Part shown: piece by piece, positions 20,001 through 27,756 of the stretch | Layout: each line of letters starts with the position of its first letter | Position numbering within the stretch: the first letter of the stretch is position 1 | IMG/VR virus record: IMGVR_UViG_3300025030_000061 | Location: 31,052-95,051 of that record | Length of the DNA stretch: 64,000 nucleotides | Strand: one strand, 5' to 3' | Source: a virus | Made by a program: the position numbers and the translations under genes | Notes under the pieces: generated by a model | The model's input: the letters and a program-made list of their open reading frames with translations, nothing else | The model's database searches: none | What the model was told of the DNA's origin: nothing

Positions 20001-21214
20001 GCCGCCGTTGCGTAATCGGTGGAGTCGGTAGCGGCTGCGGTGCCGAGGGTGGGCTTGCCGGTAAGATCGGAATACGCGCCGGAAGTGGCGACGGTAGGGA
20101 GATCGCCAGGCTGAACAGAAGTAGTCCCGAGTGCCGCGCCCGCGGCCTGCCCATCTATTGCATCCTTGACAGCCTTGACCGCCGCCGAGTTCGCCGCCGT
20201 GGTCGTTGAGGTGGAGGTGGTGGATGAGGAAAGCTCAGTCTCTTTGATGATGTTGGCATCGGCGGGTTCGTAGGTTCCGGAGTGGTTATGGCCGGTCGCC
20301 GCTTTAGCCTCCATCTCCGATGAAGTTACGCCGCCCTTCTTTACTCCTGGTGCTGGCAGCCGGTCGCCGTCGAACGTTCCAGAAGTGATTGTGCTCGCCG
20401 CCTGGTTATGAATTGTGGCTGCTTTACCGTCCAGGGCTGTCTGGGTTGCCGTGCTAATAGGTTTGCTAGCGTCGCTGGTGTTCTCTGCGTTGCCGAGCCC
20501 GACCTGGCCCTTGGTGACTGAGTGAGGGTTGCTGGTGTTCCCGGTGTGGGTAGTGAGGCCGGTTTGCACGGCTGCAGCTGATCCGGATGGGTCCGCTCCG
20601 ACCTGAACTGCTGTCGGGATCGGGATGGTGACCTCGGTTGCATCGGCCGCAGCGTTGTCGGCCGCCGTGACGCCGGCGCCTTTGAAGTTGAGCTTGGCTC
20701 TTGAGGTGAGGCTGCCGCCTTCATCCTGGATGGTGTGCTTGGTGCCTGCGGAGAGCCCGTCCAGTTTGGTCTTGTCGGTACCGGACATAAGGCCGGCCGC
20801 CGACTGTGTCGCCGCCGGGATCCCGTCGGATCCCTCGCCTGCATGGCTGGATCCGTGCGAGGTCGGGGTCCTCGCGTTGGCGTTGCGCGTGTCCGAGTCA
20901 GTGACGTATTTGTTGGTGGTGCTGGGGGTGCCTGATGTCCCGGTCATAGCACCCTTCTCTGGCGTCGTCGGGATGTTTAGATGGTTGTAATTGCTCTCAT
21001 GCGATATGACAGCTGCCGTCCCTTGCCCGGTGATCTCGACTCTCCCGGTACCGGTGCCGATAAACAGACGCTTGCTGTCGGTGGTCCACCTGGGTCGTGC
21101 GATGGGCACTGCTGCTGGCAGATTGGCCTCGTTGCCGTTGGGTAGTTCGATGTCGGCAGCGATTGCGACAGCTGCAGTTAAAAATAGAATGAGCAGGAAA
21201 AGGTATCGTTTCAT
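17030..21214 (-). CDS. long tail fibre/tailspike with beta-helix domain and N-terminal signal peptide
   Basis: Mtd-N-like WTTDSKRLFIGTG, fibre repeats (HTGNTSNPHSVTKGQVGLGN, VATSGAYSDL), pectate-lyase-like helix, GNVGIG repeat. Signal MKRYLFLLILFLTAAVAIA. Confidence 0.8.
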   Translation of the reverse strand: MKRYLFLLILFLTAAVAIAADIELPNGNEANLPAAVPIARPRWTTDSKRLFIGTGTGRVEITGQGTAAVISHESNYNHLNIPTTPEKGAMTGTSGTPSTTNKYVTDSDTRNANARTPTSHGSSHAGEGSDGIPAATQSAAGLMSGTDKTKLDGLSAGTKHTIQDEGGSLTSRAKLNFKGAGVTAADNAAADATEVTIPIPTAVQVGADPSGSAAAVQTGLTTHTGNTSNPHSVTKGQVGLGNAENTSDASKPISTATQTALDGKAATIHNQAASTITSGTFDGDRLPAPGVKKGGVTSSEMEAKAATGHNHSGTYEPADANIIKETELSSSTTSTSTTTAANSAAVKAVKDAIDGQAAGAALGTTSVQPGDLPTVATSGAYSDLTGKPTLGTAAATDSTDYATAAQGALAETALQPGDVDNEVYAIDYNGGTLTSATINAAITAIGATVKTLVLTTGTWVMASNITIPENVTLRLQPGALIQRNGGILTINGPTDFPEQRCLSGFISGSILWGDRVHEIDIEWQALGDGSDDYQNIQSLVNRIKAGTSVNFGVEQSYNIGTNTLSFAGITGGEIHGYGSRIYGNNTAYGLLSAYGLLSNNTGQSIAVTKDSLTFTIPGGITVVAGDMVRLIPAAPYLYNYYAGHMAQVVSVSGSTATMDIPPLNTITAATMDVFVGMHDGLIEDLVFDSRSATTAITSASLYASNVTIRNCDFLGADNAAAGLAVTGNNLVLEDIYSTGYLNKIGVSGGRMGYGIAASGTNITIDRAIVTNCKHDVALGADRSIISNNNVVKNSILWQDPAQYGQELTISGAQHAYFSTAIDAHSNLEQWEATGNTITGASVVGLASIRNGKGVFSGNTMRLANSDTSGNIFIVGERTLTTLPLTGNTITADTAGIPLVRNASTDIDAIATASPFYADEQAVKYANNYLSGVSWKGCTIQGDRMFAAAAPTSFTWDLNDFVHNSNQTAGSALGWRCVVAGTPGTWETVTNAATAISNTAYDATSWDGDTTTAPSKNAIRDKIESMGSGSGDMVGPASAGDNEIVRFDSTTGKLAQRSSGVTVSDIGTIQTYQTNQSVEILAVNSSDSSAKYPKLLVRNWDGTGATGYGGFPSIQVQNGRGTAASPLALASGMRVFSLLGYGYGDTGLKNGISIQADASAAYTDADQQTDMTIYLGTIGGNGSMTSRFRIKGDTGNVGIGITTPTSALHLKAGTATASTSPLKFTAGTNLTAAEAGAVEWDGTNLFVTQTTGPTRKTMAYTTDIPNLAAPGAIGGTTPGAVTGTTITGQQFKDTTYAPSAGSSFTVDLANGMDQELTTNANVTITLPTPVAGKSFTITVKYGGTHTVTWAGGGTIKWSGGSAPTSTSASGKYDIYVFKSDSTSTYTMGADGGRNY

Positions 21215-21216
21215 GA

Positions 21217-22110
21217 CTAGAAATTTCCTCCACCAATCACGTCTGGGAACGTGATCAGAATTATGGTCGTGTCGTTCAGGGCGTCGTCCTGAAGCGAAAC
21301 GGCGAAGAGGTTACCCTCTATTTCGAAGTCGAACTTGAGCTTGCTCCGCTGTGGCATGGCGTTGCCGACTGGATTGATAATCATGTGCCCAGAGCTTTGA
21401 TCATTGCCGGGCCATGCACTGCCATTCCACCGCGGCAGTTCCTCTGCCTCGCTGATTTTGCCAAGGGCGGCCGAGTTGGCGTGGGTGTGCAGGCGTCCGT
21501 CATTGTCGCCTACTACCAGGGGATCGGCTGGGTTCTGAGCTGCGGTGGCCAGCCGGACTATCCCGTAAAGAACATCGGTGGCGGAGATCGCGCCGCCCGC
21601 CACCGCTATATCTTGGATGGTGGCGATCGGATTCCCTGCGCTGGGGCTGTGTGCTGCGTCCAGGGCTGCATTCTGCGCCTCAGTCAGGTGCTTGCTGTTG
21701 TCCTGGACGTGCAGTGCTAAGGCCGAGGTTTGCGCTGGCGTGAGTTGTGCGCCAGAGACGGCGAAATCGGACCATTTGAGCGGCTGATCCGACTCGATGA
21801 TTGGCGCCACAAACGGGCGGGCACCGGCTACGTTGAGCAGGGTGCAGCGATAGAACACCTGACGGTCGGCCCGGGAGGTGGGCCAGAGATCGATCTTGTA
21901 TTCCCCGACCTTGAGTTCCTCGGTGTCCTCGGTGGCCGTGTAGACGTAGAGCGGGATTGGGATGTAGCGCTCGTGATCCGTCGCGTCGACCGCATCAGTG
22001 GGGATGCCCCCCAGGAGGGAGAGCACGAATTCTATTCTTATCCCCCCCTGGGGCTCTCCGTTTGGTCCTCGTAAAGGCTGGCCGATATTGTTCAGTTCTC
22101 GTTTTAGCAT
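21217..22110 (-). CDS. tail fibre-related protein (no signal peptide)
   Basis: ATDVLYGIVRLAT, HTHANSAAL and PQRSKLKF fibre motifs shared with the 1394-aa gene. Confidence 0.65.
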   Translation of the reverse strand: MLKRELNNIGQPLRGPNGEPQGGIRIEFVLSLLGGIPTDAVDATDHERYIPIPLYVYTATEDTEELKVGEYKIDLWPTSRADRQVFYRCTLLNVAGARPFVAPIIESDQPLKWSDFAVSGAQLTPAQTSALALHVQDNSKHLTEAQNAALDAAHSPSAGNPIATIQDIAVAGGAISATDVLYGIVRLATAAQNPADPLVVGDNDGRLHTHANSAALGKISEAEELPRWNGSAWPGNDQSSGHMIINPVGNAMPQRSKLKFDFEIEGNLFAVSLQDDALNDTTIILITFPDVIGGGNF

Positions 22111-22131
22111 TTCTGCTCCTGGCTCATGTTT

Positions 22132-22145
22132 TGGTATGCGCTACA
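22132..22145 (-). promoter_or_regulatory. operator box TGTAGCGCATACCA
   Basis: Exact match to the box at 5232, in an intergenic gap. Confidence 0.6.
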
Positions 22146-22151
22146 CTCAGG

Positions 22152-22481
22152 TCACAGAAATTCGTCCAACTTGTCGGCGGGCACCTGAACGTGAATGGCA
22201 ATAATCCGGAGCAGCTTCATATATCTGAGGGATTCATGCTGGACGGCGCAGACTGTAGCCTTGGTCGCCGCCCGACATGCCGTGCAATCTTCTTTCTCGG
22301 TCTCATGCTTGGTTATGCAATCCTCCTTGAGGGTCTTATGTTTTGCCGCGCAGTCTCTTTTTGTGGCGTACTCGGAGCCCTTGATCTTGCGCCAGAGGTC
22401 TCCGGCCATGGGACCGAGCATGGATCCTACGACGAGCGAAATGACTCCTGTGATTATGGCGTTGTCGTCGATTGCGGGCAT
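22152..22481 (-). CDS. single-TM membrane protein, holin candidate
   Basis: N-terminal TM segment AIITGVISLVVGSMLG followed by a charged Cys-containing helix. Confidence 0.5.
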   Translation of the reverse strand: MPAIDDNAIITGVISLVVGSMLGPMAGDLWRKIKGSEYATKRDCAAKHKTLKEDCITKHETEKEDCTACRAATKATVCAVQHESLRYMKLLRIIAIHVQVPADKLDEFL

Positions 22482-22558
22482 GGTCCGGTTTACTCCTGTA
22501 GTGGTGGCTGAATGTTGGTGTAGTTACTGTTTTTTGTGAATCAACTGTGCAGCGGTTT

Positions 22559-24697
22559 TTATTGTACGACCCTTACATTGTAGGCGCTGGCAGTGGGTGT
22601 CAGGGCAATGGCTCCGCAAACCTTGACTGTCACCGTGTCTGTGGCCGACACGTGCGCCGACCAGTACGCCCCGTCGCCTGGGTAGGTGACGGGTGAAGCG
22701 CTAGCGGTCATGCCAGTAGCGGCACCCGTTACGGTCAGCGCGCCACTGGTGCAAGCACCCGCAGCAAGTGCCCCGCCGCCGATACTGCCGGTGGTGCCGG
22801 TCAGGGTGGCCCCCGTGACGTATCCGTTGGTGAGCGTCGCCGCAGTCCCGAGTTTGACGCGCCCGCCGATTTGATTGATAGTTGTGTTGGCCACGCTGAC
22901 CGAGTCCACAATGCGTATCTCGTAGGTCCCACCCCCCAGCACTTCAAACTTATTGCCGAAGATGTCTGTGTCGGTGGTGAGGTCCATATATATTGCGTTA
23001 GTTACATTCTGCAACTCAAAGCGGTTGTTCTTAATTCTGGTCCCGCTGACTATCAGGTGGTTCGGGTGTGAACCGGTCGATGGGTATCCGCTCAGTCGGA
23101 TCATGTAGGTAGCGGTGTCGCTGCTGCGCTTGATGAAGTAGTTGTTGACGAAATCGGAGTTCTTAGAGTTGTAGGCCAAAACTCCGCCTTCCTCCACTAT
23201 GTTCTCGGATACGAGGTTGTTGCCAGCGTTATATATCTCCAGATTGTACTTTGTATTAGAGGTGCCCCGCATGATCCAGACCACGGAGCCGTCGGTGACG
23301 GATTGGCCTATCACCTTGGCCCCGCCCGCTTCTCCGTCCGTGGCGATACTGGGGGTGGACCCTGCACTGGTCCCGGCAGTGGTGCATTCCCACACAGTTG
23401 TTCCCGAGTCCCATTTGACCAAGTCTCCCGCCGAATACTCCGTGGAGTTTGCCCTGGTGGCTGAGGCAGGCGTGTGGTACAGGTGGTTGTTTGCGACGAT
23501 TGCGTCCTGTTTGACGGCGATATCGTTCAAGCCTGTTGCATCCCATTCTCCTTGGGTCGGCGTGGGGTTGGTCCCCTCGTAGTATCCTTCAGGCGCGTCC
23601 CAGTACTGAGCGATGAACACGTTGTTCACGCCGTTGTCGTAGCAGTCGTTACCCGTGATGGCTATCTTGGTGCCGCCGAAACCCAAGTTAGTTTCGCCAG
23701 CGTAGATGCCGTAGTAGTTTTTGAAACAGTGATTTCCTTTGATGATCACATTGGACGATGCCCGCAGTCCTATTCCTGCATCATGCTTGTTCTCGTAGAA
23801 CCAGTTATTCGTGACGGTCACGCCTGACACTTCCCCAAGGTAAAGTCCCTTTTTCCCCGCATCCGTCCCGGTGTTGCCGTCAAACACGTTGCGTTTGCCG
23901 AGGGTGGGCACGCCCATGCTGTTTGCGGTCACCCGAGTAACATAATTGCGCCGGATCATGCAGTCGTCGCCGGTGACGCTTATCCCGTAGTTAGCATTTT
24001 TGGACCAGTCGAACACGCCACTCCATCCGGCGGTTTCGTAGCCCCAACTCTGGTTGTATCGGTTGCCGTCCACGTAGCAATCTTCGATGAGCATCCTATC
24101 CCCGGATGCTTGGATACCGGTAAATGAAGTGTCGTTGCCCGCTACCGCATAATCCTTGAACTTTATCCGTAGGCCCTTGAGAGTGATGTCGTCTCGGTAC
24201 GCGTCGACAACCGCATTTATGATGTAGAGCCTGTCTGTGCCCTTTAGGGTCCCGCCTGCGGCCACAGCCTTGATTGCCTTGTTAATCTCCACTTGGTCGC
24301 TGACACCGTCGGCCCCCCACATGTCTGGCGTTGCCTGGCTTAAACCCTCTATCCTGCCCGTGCCAGCAAATATCCGGTAGTCTCCTGTCGTTTCAACAGT
24401 GCCGACCTTGAACACGGTTGTGTTGCCGAGGCTGCCGCCCTTCGCTATTTTGAGCGCACGGTCTGTCGGCCAGGCACCACCCGGCAGGGTTGCGCTGGAG
24501 ATGTTGGACTGCACTGCGGTAAGCGCGGAGGTTACCACTATTGTTTTGCCGGCGGCGCTCGGTGCGACCGCCACTTCGGAAAGTGTTTTTTTAACGGTGT
24601 AGGTTCCTCCGGGCTCCATAACCAGTATCGCCGCAGAAGATTCGCCACAGGCCGCCAGCATGATGCTCAGAAGTGCAATATAGATCAGTTGTCTCAT
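22559..24697 (-). CDS. tailspike-like beta-helix protein with lipoprotein signal peptide
   Basis: MRQLIYIALLSIMLAAC lipobox. WGADGVSDQVEINKAI lid and right-handed beta-helix repeats. Confidence 0.78.
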   Translation of the reverse strand: MRQLIYIALLSIMLAACGESSAAILVMEPGGTYTVKKTLSEVAVAPSAAGKTIVVTSALTAVQSNISSATLPGGAWPTDRALKIAKGGSLGNTTVFKVGTVETTGDYRIFAGTGRIEGLSQATPDMWGADGVSDQVEINKAIKAVAAGGTLKGTDRLYIINAVVDAYRDDITLKGLRIKFKDYAVAGNDTSFTGIQASGDRMLIEDCYVDGNRYNQSWGYETAGWSGVFDWSKNANYGISVTGDDCMIRRNYVTRVTANSMGVPTLGKRNVFDGNTGTDAGKKGLYLGEVSGVTVTNNWFYENKHDAGIGLRASSNVIIKGNHCFKNYYGIYAGETNLGFGGTKIAITGNDCYDNGVNNVFIAQYWDAPEGYYEGTNPTPTQGEWDATGLNDIAVKQDAIVANNHLYHTPASATRANSTEYSAGDLVKWDSGTTVWECTTAGTSAGSTPSIATDGEAGGAKVIGQSVTDGSVVWIMRGTSNTKYNLEIYNAGNNLVSENIVEEGGVLAYNSKNSDFVNNYFIKRSSDTATYMIRLSGYPSTGSHPNHLIVSGTRIKNNRFELQNVTNAIYMDLTTDTDIFGNKFEVLGGGTYEIRIVDSVSVANTTINQIGGRVKLGTAATLTNGYVTGATLTGTTGSIGGGALAAGACTSGALTVTGAATGMTASASPVTYPGDGAYWSAHVSATDTVTVKVCGAIALTPTASAYNVRVVQ

Positions 24698-24731
24698 GGC
24701 TTTTTCAGTCTCCTTGTTCATCCGAAGTGTT

Positions 24732-25625
24732 TTATTCCTGGAACCAGTTGTTGCCGTTCTTTTTTAACTGGATCGTCTCGTCCTGTCCTGAAAGCGGCCA
24801 GGACTCGAGACGCATCACCGTGTCGCCTTCCTGGGGGATAAGGTTGATCAAATTTGCTGTGGCGTCGATCTTGGTGATCCTGACGGTGCCGTCGGTCGGC
24901 ATTGTGTAGTCAATGTCTCCGGCTTCAGCGTCGGCAAAGACCTTGACGTTGTGCTCGGTCTCGGCAAAGGATGCGCTGATATTGCGGGTGATCTCGCCGG
25001 TGAGTTTGAGTAGCAGACTGCGGTTGTCCTGAACCATGCCGGCGGTGATGGTGTTGTCTCCTTCCAGCCGGTTCAGTGTCGCTAGCCGGTAGCGCCAGTG
25101 GTATGCTTCCAGCTCATCCAGGCCATCGGCAGGCATGGCGACGCCTTCGGACACCTTGATGGCCCAGAAGAGCCGGAGCCTGCACGATGTCCTAGCGCCG
25201 ATGACTGGATCGATAATGGTCGGGTCCGCTACACCGTTCACCTCGGCGTACCAGGTGTCGAGGTAGACGATGTCGGTCCGGTCGGCTACGGGGGTGGACA
25301 GCGCCAACTGCGTCTCGGGCTGGCCCGTGAAGGTGGTGTTTGCGGCGAGGTATTGTATCCAGCCTTGGACGTGGATGTTGCCGGCCAGCACGGAGAAGTC
25401 GTTGACCGCTCCCGACCCCACGATCTGGAAACCGTCGTCTGGGGAGCCATCGGCAAGAAAGGCCATCAGCATGCGCCGGAAGCGCTGTACCAGCATCTCC
25501 TGGGAGGCATTGATTTCGTCGTCGAGCCACGGCCGCCCCTGTTCCTTGAGGACCAGGATGTCGTTCTTAGCGTCGTCGTAGGAGAAGCGGGAGTAGTTCC
25601 CGATCCAGTTGAGTCCTCTGTACAT
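24732..25625 (-). CDS. baseplate-proximal tail fibre protein (DUF6519-like N-terminus)
   Basis: GNYSRFSY...QGRPWLDDEINA...RTDIVYLDTW...DP. Confidence 0.65.
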   Translation of the reverse strand: MYRGLNWIGNYSRFSYDDAKNDILVLKEQGRPWLDDEINASQEMLVQRFRRMLMAFLADGSPDDGFQIVGSGAVNDFSVLAGNIHVQGWIQYLAANTTFTGQPETQLALSTPVADRTDIVYLDTWYAEVNGVADPTIIDPVIGARTSCRLRLFWAIKVSEGVAMPADGLDELEAYHWRYRLATLNRLEGDNTITAGMVQDNRSLLLKLTGEITRNISASFAETEHNVKVFADAEAGDIDYTMPTDGTVRITKIDATANLINLIPQEGDTVMRLESWPLSGQDETIQLKKNGNNWFQE

Positions 25626-25634
25626 TGTCCCTCC

Positions 25635-26570
25635 CTATATGGCTATCTCGGTCCAACCGGTGGACTTCGGGCCTGCCACGTAGCCCCTGCTGTTCAGCAT
25701 CCCGGCTGGGTCGTTGGCGATCAGCAGCTCGTCAGGCGCGAAGTACGCAGCGCGCTTGCCGGCCGCCTTGTACCTGGTGATGATGTTGACGATGGCCGCC
25801 TTGTCTCGATCATTCAAGTTGTTGATGTTCCCGCTGTGGACGTAGACGCCAATCCAGCCATTTCTGACGTCGATAGTGCCGGTGTCCAGGATGGTGGATA
25901 CCGACTCGGTGTCGTTGGATAGCCCGCTGAAGCTGTTGGAATAGAGGCAGCCGTTGGGGATGTCGCCCATATCGCGCACATCCACGAAATGGTCCACAGC
26001 CTCCATGATCAGCTTCATTAGCGCCTTGTTGTTGACCTTGAGTGTCAGTACTTCGGCCCTGGCGCGCTGCAGATATTGGCTGTCACTTTCTCCCTGGATG
26101 CGCGGGACAGTGAAGAAGTCGGCCATCCAGTAGTCGAGCCAGTCGTCCTGGGCTGTCTGCGCGTACAACTGGCGCTCCGCTGCCCGGCGCTGTGACTCCT
26201 GTCCTTCGAGAGCTCCAGCGTAGACCTGGAACTCGCAGTAAGAGGCGCTGCCTGGGTAGTAGAGTTTGGGATCGCGGGCCAGGTCGAGGGTTTCGGAGAG
26301 AATTCCCTTGGCAAGCTTGGCGCCGTGACTGGCAGATGCCATGGTCGCGTCGTAACCGGGGACGGACTGGATAGTGGCGACCAGCTGCGCCACGGTCATT
26401 TCGGCGAAAGGGATAACTGTGGTGTCGAGGCCAGCAGCGAAGAGGGTAAGTCGGTAATCCTTGACGGTGGCGGTGGCAGGGAAGCTCTCGACGGCGATAT
26501 TCACAACGGGGGTGCGCTGCGGGTTCTTGTCGAATATCCTATGCAGCCGTGATAGGAGGCGAGTCAGCAT
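25635..26570 (-). CDS. baseplate wedge protein (gpI/gp7-like)
   Basis: WLDYW...VPRIQGESDSQY...R and C-terminal YKAAG. Follows baseplate J. Confidence 0.7.
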   Translation of the reverse strand: MLTRLLSRLHRIFDKNPQRTPVVNIAVESFPATATVKDYRLTLFAAGLDTTVIPFAEMTVAQLVATIQSVPGYDATMASASHGAKLAKGILSETLDLARDPKLYYPGSASYCEFQVYAGALEGQESQRRAAERQLYAQTAQDDWLDYWMADFFTVPRIQGESDSQYLQRARAEVLTLKVNNKALMKLIMEAVDHFVDVRDMGDIPNGCLYSNSFSGLSNDTESVSTILDTGTIDVRNGWIGVYVHSGNINNLNDRDKAAIVNIITRYKAAGKRAAYFAPDELLIANDPAGMLNSRGYVAGPKSTGWTEIAI

Positions 26571-27691
26571 CAGGAGAACTCCACCGTCATGACGCCAGGG
26601 ATCAGCACCTGCCCATCGGCAAGCTCCGCGTCGGGGTAGGCTGTGATGTTGAGGTCGTCAACTCCAGGAAGTCCCTTGACGCGCTTGATGGCCTCATTGA
26701 GCACGAAGTTCTGTCCTACGGGGATGCTCTGGATGTAGTAGGTGAGAGTGTCGCTGACCAGTATCTCCAGAGTGGGTTGATCGGCGCCGGGGAAGGCCAA
26801 TATCTCGATAGTGACGTTGCCGATCACCACGGTGGCGGAAACTACACTGGCGACGTCGCCGGCAGCCTTGTAGCCTGGCACCGGCGTTCCTTCCGCGTCG
26901 AGGTATCCGTCAATAATGTCCTGTGCTCGCGCTACCAGATCGGCGCTGGCTACGCCGCTGCCGTTCCAAACGTAGACGGTAAAGTGTGAATCGGCGGTAA
27001 TCGGTGGTTGCAATACCTTTGCGTCGACCACTCGTTCAACCACATTGCCGTAGATGTTGGTGATCTCCGCCGTGGTGGCGCCGTAGGCGATAGCCGCCGC
27101 CGTGCCCCTGGATATGGACGCGATGAAATTACGGAAGCGAGATTGCCGGCTGGCCTCGGTTTCAGGGTTAGTGCCGTTGTTGATTGCTGCGGCGTTGGTG
27201 ACCGTCACGATCTGGTTTACCGGCGTCTTGATCACAGTGAGAGTGGCAGCATTGATGTTGCCGGCAGTTCCTGGCGTGAGCGATGTCACCGGTGCGTCTA
27301 TCTGGCTCTGCCCCACGGCAAGCGTTACGGATGCGCTGGTGGCGTAGACTTTTTCCATGATGCCGCTGGCGGCGCCAGTGGCGACCTTGGTTCCTGCTGG
27401 GATGATCACGTTGGCGGTAACCGGCGTGGCGCTGGAGAAAGTGACATAGCCGTTGGCTGTGGTGGCGGGGAGCAACACGAAGCCGAAAGCGGAATAAACT
27501 GCAACAGGTATGGCCTTCTTGGTGGTGACGTAGAACTGATAGTCCTGCGCCTCCATCTCGACAGCGAAGGCCTCGAACTTGGTGCGCGTGACCCCGCCAA
27601 TCAGGAGATCCGTGATGGTACTCTGGCTGCCGGCAAACCATGCCACCATGTTTGCCAGTCTGGTCTCCATTTTAATGATCGAGAATCCCAC
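26570..27691 (-). CDS. baseplate J/gp47 family protein
   Basis: IPAGTKV, PGTAGNI, GTNPETEASRQSRF, SRGTAAAI, YKAAG. Confidence 0.9.
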   Translation of the reverse strand: MGFSIIKMETRLANMVAWFAGSQSTITDLLIGGVTRTKFEAFAVEMEAQDYQFYVTTKKAIPVAVYSAFGFVLLPATTANGYVTFSSATPVTANVIIPAGTKVATGAASGIMEKVYATSASVTLAVGQSQIDAPVTSLTPGTAGNINAATLTVIKTPVNQIVTVTNAAAINNGTNPETEASRQSRFRNFIASISRGTAAAIAYGATTAEITNIYGNVVERVVDAKVLQPPITADSHFTVYVWNGSGVASADLVARAQDIIDGYLDAEGTPVPGYKAAGDVASVVSATVVIGNVTIEILAFPGADQPTLEILVSDTLTYYIQSIPVGQNFVLNEAIKRVKGLPGVDDLNITAYPDAELADGQVLIPGVMTVEFS

Positions 27692-27715
27692 CGTGCCTCC
27701 GTATTAATAGCGCTC

Positions 27716-27755
27716 AGTATCCACTATCTTGTAGCGCATATCAAATGTTTTGCCC
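27716..27755 (-). promoter_or_regulatory. class B promoter: GGCAAA-TTGATA-N17-GATACT with operator in spacer
   Basis: gggcaaaacat TTGATA tgcgctacaagatagtg GATACT. Confidence 0.7.
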
Positions 27756-27756
27756 A

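Noticed and set aside
17030-21214. Diversity-generating retroelement target, suggested by the Mtd-like N-terminus
   Set aside because: No reverse transcriptase and no TR/VR repeat pair is visible in the window.
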